From positions 5,518,001 through 5,582,000 of the forward strand of contig OX597825.1 in the NCBI GenBank assembly GCA_951406725.2: a DNA stretch of 64,000 bases. The letters run 5' to 3'. Each line of letters opens with the position of its first letter. Position 1 is the first letter of the stretch. A program made the translations under genes and the position numbers. The notes under the pieces were generated by a model. The model made no database searches. It saw nothing but the letters and a program-made list of their open reading frames with translations, and had not been told where the DNA came from. Shown here in pieces: positions 55,428 through 64,000 of this stretch. This DNA comes from Octopus vulgaris. Taxonomy: Eukaryota.

Positions 55428-55563
55428 ATTTTACTTGTTTTAGTCATTTGACTGCGGCCATGCTAAAGCACTGCCTTTAGTCGAACAAATCGACCCCAGG
55501 ACTTTAGAACTTATTCTTTGTTAGCCTAGTACTCATTCTATCGGTCTCTTTCTGCCGAACCGC
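55428..55563 (-). mobile_element. SINE family B tail
   Basis: ttttacttgttttagtcatttgactgcggccatgc...ctatcggtctcttt. Confidence 0.85.
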
Positions 55564-55564
55564 A

Positions 55565-55939
55565 GAAATGATACCCAGGTACTTATATCCTTCCTCTCCG
55601 ACTTCCTTCATAGTTTCGCCACATTCCCGCTTGATCCCATGGCTTTTACTTAATCATTACACTTCATTTCTCGATCCCAAATTCCATGCCAATATCTTTG
55701 CTAATCATCTGCACAGTTGCTGTCAAACTCTCAGTCTTAGCGAATTGCTTTAGGTCATCCATAAACCACAAGTTGTTTACTTTCACCCTGCCTAGCATGT
55801 ACCCCACACGCATCTTTCGTAAAACGTTCGTTAGTGGCAGTATACAGACAACAAATAGGAGAGGCGACAGACTGTGCCCTTGAAAAATTCCTCGTTTTAT
55901 ATTTACTTCCCCCAACTTATCTCCCCACGTGGCGAGTTC

Positions 55940-55940
<1 letters not shown>
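55565..55940 (-). mobile_element. R4/Dong-like non-LTR retrotransposon RT fragment
   Basis: [23 protein letters not shown]...KVNNLWFMDDLKQFAK...SKDIGMEFGIEK*, then YKYLGI. Confidence 0.88.
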
Positions 55941-56002
<62 letters not shown>

Positions 56003-56069
56003 GTGTGTGTGTGTGTGTGTAGGTGTATATACATACATATGAACGTGTATCAATGTTTACTTGTAAGAG

Positions 56070-56100
<31 letters not shown>

Positions 56101-56328
56101 TATATATATGTATATATATGGGGCTATATATATATACATACATACACATATATACTTACATGGATATATATATATATACGTGAACACACACACGCACACA
56201 CAGACACACACATGCATATACACACACACGCGCGCACACATAGCTGTGCGTGCATAAATATATTAAGTAAATGTACTTGATGTGAGTTTATGCATGCCCG
56301 TGACTTTGGGTGTTTGCATGCGCTTCTT

Positions 56329-56384
<56 letters not shown>

Positions 56385-56967
56385 CCCGTGTGTATCTTTA
56401 CACTTATATGCATGGCTTTGTGAGAGAGAACGGGAGTTGGAAAGAGATGTCGGGAGGATGCATCTATCTTGTTAACCTTTTCTTAGACGCCAAAATGCTT
56501 GTAGAGGTATTAAGGTGTGTATATTTGACACAAAGATGCCGCAGGCGGGCAACCACTTCAGTTAACAGACACACAGACAGACAGATGAACGGACCTGCAG
56601 TCAGGCAAGCAGGTCTTAGAAGAAGAAGACAACCTTCATATAAAACACGAAATGTTTACGCATACATATACATCGTTAGCACACCAACGAATATCATAAA
56701 AAAACACGTTACACATACACACACACAGAGATGTACATGACATACACAAGTTCGCATACATTCACACGGATACACACGTGCAAACACACAGACATACATG
56801 TCACGCCCACGCATCAGTATAAAGACATAAGCACAGGGTGCGTACACAAGCACTTGCAAATCTTGCAAATCTTGTAAGTGTATATATATATATCGTATAT
56901 ACACATATACATATTGTTAACAGACATGTCGTTAACAGACGCGTACATACACCAACGCAGTTGTATG

Positions 56968-57035
<68 letters not shown>

Positions 57036-57249
57036 GACACACACGCACACATATAAACAGAAGTTAACCAACACAACGCACATATGTACCAACGCAGTCG
57101 CGCACACAAAAATCAACAGACATACACATGCACACACACACACACACATGTATAAGCATATATTTGTATATATATTCATATAAATATATATATGCAGATA
57201 TATACATATATACATATATATAAATATATAGACCGACAGACAGACACAC

Positions 57250-57322
<73 letters not shown>

Positions 57323-57390
57323 TGTTGATATATACTATATATATATACTTATATGCATGTATATGTATACATGTATACGTATATGTATAT

Positions 57391-57500
<110 letters not shown>

Positions 57501-58094
57501 GCAAGCACACACACATATAGATAGATACGTACGCAGACACACAGACACACTTATGTCAAGACGTACACCTGTGCGAATCAACCAGACGTACGCAACTCCT
57601 CATATTCACAACTCGCAGACAGAAGTCAAAAGACATACATACCTACGTCTAATACACAAAGAGAGGGAACGAGCGAGAAAGAGAGAGAGAGCACGCGGGT
57701 GAGAGAGAGAAAGAGAGTCAAAAGACACGCACACGCACAGACTCACTGCTAGAAACGTTGAGCAACTGATATATGTGAACTTCGAGGTAGGTAGCTTAAC
57801 CTTTTATGGAATGGAAAGACGAGGCCACGGCATACCAGGCAGACAGCAGTGGAGTTTCAAGTTTGTGTTTCTTCTTAATTTACTTTTTTTTTCTCTCAAA
57901 TGGGTTGGTTTTGTTTCATGAATTATAGGGCAGTTTATCAGTAGCCTACATCGTAAATGTAAACGGATCCTCGTCGTATTCGACAACTTGTTCCTCCTGT
58001 ACTACGATCAACTGACTGAACCATGACCTTCACACTGAATTACATAATCTGTGTAGATAATATTAACCTTGACATATGTGCCCTTATTCAGAGA

Positions 58095-59015
58095 GATCAA
58101 ATTCTGGATAACACCCATCGTCTCATCTGCAAGTCAATTGATTTGCCATTGATCAACATTGATCTGTTACTTCTTAATCCGTCAGTTCGATACAACCCCT
58201 TCCCTCGGAGTTGACATCAGATCAGTTTTAACATCTTGTAACCCAGCTCGCGAGACAGGAATGTTTACCGTAGAACTTGTTTGGAACAGAACACGTGACA
58301 CTGGTTCTGAAACATGGTCCAATTATATCGTCGTAGATCACGAATCAGTAAAAATTATTGTAATTTAGTGTCTGGAAATGAACCCTAGTCAAATCGCGGC
58401 CATTGCAGCTACGTAGTACTACTGGTTAATTTTGTTGAACGCTTTCTATCGCTTTTCATTCGTCTTAATCCAATTCTATCCAAGGTTTATTGCAACAGAT
58501 TAGAGTCACCTTGATTAACTCTAATTTGCACCGAACCGATGACACCAACAAAACAAGAACTGCCATGACTCATATGTTTAACCTCGGCTTTCACTATCAA
58601 ATTCTGGATAATATCCATATTCTCATCGATAAGTCGATTTGCCATTGCTTTGCCACTGATCCTTTACTTCTTATTCAGTCAATTCGATACAGCCTCTTCC
58701 CTCGGAGTTGACCACAGATCATTGACAATATCTTCTTGGTTCCCAGCTCGAGAGACAGAAAAGGTTACCATAGTACCTGTTTGTAACAGAAGGTGTGGTA
58801 CTGTTTGCAGCTACAGGGTACTACTTGTTGATTTTGTCGAACGCTTTCGATTGTTTTTCGTTTCTCTTAATCCAATTCTACAAAATTTGAAACCCGTATC
58901 TAAGGTTTATTACACCAGATAAAACTCACCTTGAGTAATTCCAATTTGTGCTGAACCGATGGTGCTCACTAAAACAAGAACCAATATGGACCATATATTT
59001 AACATTAGCTTTAAC
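58095..59015. repeat. Old diverged tandem duplication (units about 58095-58595 and 58596-59015)
   Basis: Colinear shared blocks tcaaattctggataa, cttccctcggagttgac, cccagctcg.gagacag, tcttaatccaattcta, gaaccgatg, aaaacaagaac. Confidence 0.88.
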
Positions 59016-59025
59016 AGTTTCAGAA

Positions 59026-59435
59026 CTCTTACTCTTTTACTCTTTTACTTGTTTCAGTCATTTGACTGCGACCATGCTGGAGCACCGCCTTTAGTCGAGG
59101 AAATCAACACCAGGTCTTATTTTTTGTAAGCCTAGTCTCTTTCGGTTCCTTTCTGCCGAACCGCTAAGTGACGGGGACGTAAACACACCAGCATCGGTTG
59201 TCAAGCGATGTTGGGGGAACAAACACAGACAACAAACACACACACATATACATACATATATATATATATACGACTGGCTTCTTTCAGTTTCCATCTACCA
59301 AATCCACTCACAAGGCTTTGGTCGGCCCGATGCTATATTAGAAGACACTTGCCCAAGGTGCTACGCAGTGGGACTGAACCCCGAACCATGTGGTTGGTAA
59401 GCAAGCTACTTACCATACATCCACTCCTGTGCCTA
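59026..59435 (-). mobile_element. SINE family B, full length
   Basis: Highly similar to the other B copies. Confidence 0.92.
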
Positions 59436-59845
59436 TGAACTGAACTATTCTAACTCGTTTCCTACAACTGGTTTATACTTTTGAAAATAACATCAATGAA
59501 CTCTCAGACACATAACGACCATTATGACAACGACCGTTATTTTATGCAATAGTTTAGAACCATCTTGATAGTTAGGTTCGGATGGGTTTCTCCAAACAGC
59601 CCCATGTTGTTGTAGGAAGTTAAGGTAAAAAAAACTGGCTTTCTATTTTAGAAACTGATGCAAAATGATTATTTCAACGGTGGCCCCTGCGACTCCACCA
59701 GGAGATGAAACCCCAATGCAAGACATACCAGTTCTACCTGAGTATCCATATTTTCCCACAACAAACTACAAAGAAAACAAAATGGCGCACACAGATGGCA
59801 CACAGACCACACCCTTCTTGGACAACCGACACAGCAAAACGAAAA

Positions 59846-60063
59846 TATTGATTTCAAATTTTGCCACAAGGTCAGCAATTTCGAGAGAGTGGGGTAGCTC
59901 GATTACATCGACCCCAGTACGCAACTGGCACTTAATTTATCAATCCCCGAAAGGATGAAAGGCAAAGTCGACCTCGGCGGAATTTGAACTCAGAACGTAG
60001 TGCCAGACGAAATACCGCTAAGCATTTCGCCCGGCGTGCTTACGATTCTGCCAACTTCGCCCC
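59846..60063 (-). mobile_element. SINE family A
   Basis: Reverse-complement head, core and tail. Confidence 0.88.
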
Positions 60064-60494
60064 TTTTTTTTCATTAAGCTATGCGACTCCCGACAAACAA
60101 CAAAAATATTAAAACTAAAGGACTCCCTGGATACACGAGAAATACATTTTGTTACCACCACAAATTCAAACCGCTTTTTAGACCTTTTCACTACCTGCTA
60201 GATTCTTCACGACAACCTTCCCCAAGCACACTCGAATGTCTACAACCCTGAGAACACTACTACAACACCATCTTAAAAATACTGTTTTTCAATCAGTTCA
60301 AACACTAGAAGAAAAAACAACAGCTTTTGTATCAATAACGCCATTGACCAAACATTGAGATGGAGTTCACACCATTGAGGGTTAATATAGTTATTGTACT
60401 GTATTCGCCTTTCTGTGTCCCTTCTCATTCCTTGTCATACTTAACATCAATCTTTTCCCCTTTCTTGCTTTTCCTCTTCATCCATCACCACCAC

Positions 60495-60526
<32 letters not shown>

Positions 60527-60919
60527 CCATCGTCGTCACCATCACCACAACCATCACCACCACCAGCATCGCCTTCACCATCACTATCAGAATCTACATT
60601 TATACTGGCAAACAGCCAACCAAGAAGACGGAGGCGATTAAGGATCCTCTACATGGTCGTTCAACTTTCTAGAAATAGTAGTCAAATATCCTTTCAGTCA
60701 TACTTGGTCGCTATAAATAAATTATAGGAGGACATGCTGGATAATGTACTCTGAGACATTTTGTTGCTGAAAATAAATAAATAGAAAATAGTTTCCGGGT
60801 TGCTCAGGGCTGTAATGTTGCTTGTTCACTGGAGGCTTACTTCATCAGAGCTGATCTGGACATGAACAACAAAAAAAAACAAAAATGTGAACTCTATGTC
60901 TGTCAAGAGTGTAACACTG

Positions 60920-61334
60920 AAGGCGGGGATCTGGCAGAATCGTTAGCACGCCGGGCGAAATGCTTAGCAGTATTTCGTTTGCCGCTACGTTCTGAGTTCA
61001 AATTCCGCAGAGGTCGACTTTGCCTTTCATCCTTTCAGGGTCGATTAAATAAGTACCAGTTACGAACTAGGGTCGATATAATCGACTTAATCCGTTTGTC
61101 TGTTCTTATTTGTCCCTTCTGTGTTTAGCCCCTTGTGGGTAGTAAAGAAATAGGTATTTCGTCTGCCGTTACGTTTTGAGTTCAAATTCCGTCGAAGTCG
61201 ACTTTGCCTTTCATCTTTTCGGGGTCAATTAAATAAGTACCAGTTACGCACTGAGGTCGATATAATCGACTTAATCCGTTTGTCTGTCTTTGTTTGTCCT
61301 CTCTGTGTTTAGCCCCTTGTGGGCAATAAAGAAG
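60920..61334 (+). mobile_element. Dimeric family A SINE (A2 plus 5'-truncated A2) with 16-bp TSD
   Basis: caagagtgtaacactg (60904-60919) and caagagtgtaatactg (61335-61350). Confidence 0.9.
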
Positions 61335-61480
61335 CAAGAGTGTAATACTGCATCACAACAACAACAACAAAAACAAAAACATTGGATGAAGAGAAGGAAA
61401 TTCGAGAAGAGAAGAGACAATTGTAACTTTGTCCAGATTGAAGCAGTTTGTCACAACAGAAGGCGTTCAAGAGATTAGAC

Positions 61481-61535
<55 letters not shown>

Positions 61536-61839
61536 AGTGGGAGGGATTGTGTGTTTGTCCAGGCTGCAAACAGAGCATAAGAACAAGAACAACAACATTA
61601 AAAAAACAACCACTGCCACAACATCCAGAACGGCCCTCAAACAGACAGGCGGCTCGGTATAATCCTGAACGATAGATAAATCTGTTAGGTTGCACTTATC
61701 TCCTACGCGGTCCGGCCGACATTTTGAGTGTCCTTGTCTCTTCGACCAGTGCTGGTCTGGAGCCGCCAACAAGAACAAGAACAAGAAGGGCAACAATGAC
61801 AAAGTGAGTGACATCAGCGACGACGATGGTGGATGGCGA

Positions 61840-61870
<31 letters not shown>

Positions 61871-62179
61871 GGCGGCGACATAACGTCACGAGCTATATTT
61901 GTCCCATTGTGTTTCAAAGCCCATTGTAGTCCGTCCGAATGGATATTCATAGCTCATCCCAGTTTGTTCTTTTAGCAACCTAGTTTACAGACACAACTTT
62001 CCTAACCTACAAACACACTATTCTACTGTTCTACTGTTCTACTATTCCATTATTCTACTATTCTACTATTCTGTATCATTAAATTCTCACCTAAAGCAAT
62101 AAAGAAGCTTTAGTCTTTCCAATCAGGTTTGACAAAAAAAAAAGAATGGAAGTTGACAGATAGTTCAGTGACATTCCTA

Positions 62180-63309
62180 ATACCTCTCTCTCTCTCCCTC
62201 TCTCTCCCTTTCTCTCCCCCTCTCTCTCTCTCTCTCTCTCATATGTGTGTGTGTGTGTGTGTGTATGTATATTTTTTCCATCTTAGTTTTCTGTTTCTAT
62301 AATATTCGCTTTTTTTATTCTCGCTTTCTCATGCAATTTGTATCTTTCCATCTCTCTCTCTCTCTCTCGCACCCTCCGTCTCTCTCTCTCTCTCTCTCTC
62401 TCATTTCTTTTGTTTTTACCATGTCAAATACAGCTCCACCCTCCCTCTCTCCCTCTCTCTTATTCTCTTTCTGTCTCACTCTCACTTTTCTTTCCCCCTC
62501 CCCTCTCTCTCTCTCTGTTTCCCTCTTTTCCTGAACCGTTTACTTAATTATTTCCCCCTCTAATTCATGTGTCTACTTCCTTATTTATTCTCGCTCTTGC
62601 TTTCACCCTCTCTCTCCCCCTCTCTCCCTCTCTCTCTCTTTCTCTCTCCCTGACTCTCTCTCCCCCCACTCACACACACACCCTTCACTCACTGCCATTA
62701 TCTTTAACATTATTCACACACCTTCTCCATCCCTCCCTCCCTCCCCCTCCTCTCCCCTTTCCCCCTACCCTCACATTCCTGCAGTACATTCCAACATTGC
62801 CTCCTCTCCTTCTCCCCCCCCACTTACCATCAGTCTCTTACACACTTTTTCTCTTTCCTTCATCTTGCTTTCCGTCATTCTTTACTCACTTCCTCTCTCT
62901 CTCTCCCTCTTCATCTTTCTCTCTCCCTATGTATCTCTTTCACTCTCTTTCATTTTCTCTTACTCGCTCTTTCGCTTGCTGTCTATCTCTCTCAATCTTT
63001 CTTACTCTCTCCCATTTCTTCTCTCTCTCTTTCACTCTCTCTTTCACTTATTCCCTCTTTCGCTTGCTCTCTTTCTCTCTCAATCTTTCTTGCTCTCTCT
63101 TTCCCTTTTCTTCTCTCACTCTCTCTTTCACTTACTCCCTCTCTCGCTTGCTCTGTCTCTCTCTCTCCCTTGTTCTCTCTGTCTTTCTCTCTCTCTCTTT
63201 CTCTTACATGCCTTCATATGCCCAAGTAATGCTTCAGTCTCCTTACCTCGACAATTCCCTCTCACTCTTTCCCCTCTCACCTTACATATACTATTTCTTC
63301 TTCCCCCCA

Positions 63310-63340
<31 letters not shown>

Positions 63341-63540
63341 AACCGATTCCTCTTAAACATCCCTTTTATGTTCTATCCTGTTTCTCTTTCATTTCTCCTT
63401 ACATGCCTTCCTAAGCCTACGTAATGCCTACGAGTATCTCTCCTTACATCTCCCCAACTCACTCACACTTCCCCTCATGCTTCTCTCTCTCTGTCTCTCA
63501 TGCACCCCACCCCTCTCTCTCTCTCCTTCTACCCTGTCTA
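62180..63540. repeat. Long polypyrimidine (CT-rich) low-complexity tract with degenerate about 80-bp subrepeats
   Basis: ttactc.ctct.tcgcttgct recurs at about 62960, 63045 and 63130. Confidence 0.88.
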
Positions 63541-63840
63541 TCTAAATCTCTTTTCAATGTTATACTATAGAAATAACACCAGCATTTCCTCACACATAGC
63601 TATACAGTTCGCTTAGTTGTTCCTTCTAAACATAACACACCCTGCTTACTCACGTCTGACACAGCGTTCTCGTATCATGTTTACAAACAAATACACGCAC
63701 GCAAATTCACACACCTATGTACATATATAAACATACTTAGGTTTGTACGTTTATATATGTATATATGTATATATATGTATATATATATATATATTATTTA
63801 TTATTATTATTTAATTGAACGTGACGCATCCATTTCCAAG

Positions 63841-63929
<89 letters not shown>

Positions 63930-64000
63930 ATGTGTATATATATAATTGGCATGAGCATGATGACTCTCCCAAGACACACCATAAATATATTTATATACAC

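Noticed and set aside
61467-61889. Minus-strand ORF with signal-peptide-like MSLTLSLLPFLFLFLLAA, and a nearby ...WDEL* frame
   Set aside because: The hydrophobic stretch comes from a (CTTGTT)n repeat and the ORF ends in (CT)n; no recognisable domain. Kept only as a regulatory or exon candidate.

Overview
AT-rich, extremely repeat-dense animal genomic DNA with no recognisable intact protein-coding gene; it reads as intergenic or deep-intronic sequence. The microsatellite load and SINE repertoire suggest an octopus or other coleoid cephalopod (inference, not verified). Almost all ORFs in the supplied track are microsatellite artefacts. The real content is: at least four tRNA-derived SINE families (about 35 copies and fragments, labelled A-D here), decayed Penelope-like elements (PLEs) of two types, R4/Dong-, RTE- and CR1-like LINE fragments, Tc1/mariner (DD37D and mariner-type) and pogo/Tigger remnants, non-autonomous Helitrons and several local tandem duplications. 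The most striking unannotated signal is a set of about 15 type I hammerhead-ribozyme (HHR) motifs in short, mutually dissimilar modules embedded in (TA)n tracts. They nearly all point toward a (TA)n junction, and several sit in fold-back or inverted configurations, consistent with a diverse population of TA-targeted, non-autonomous PLE or retrozyme-like elements. Coordinates were read by eye and may be off by a few bases; family names come from motif recognition, not database searches.
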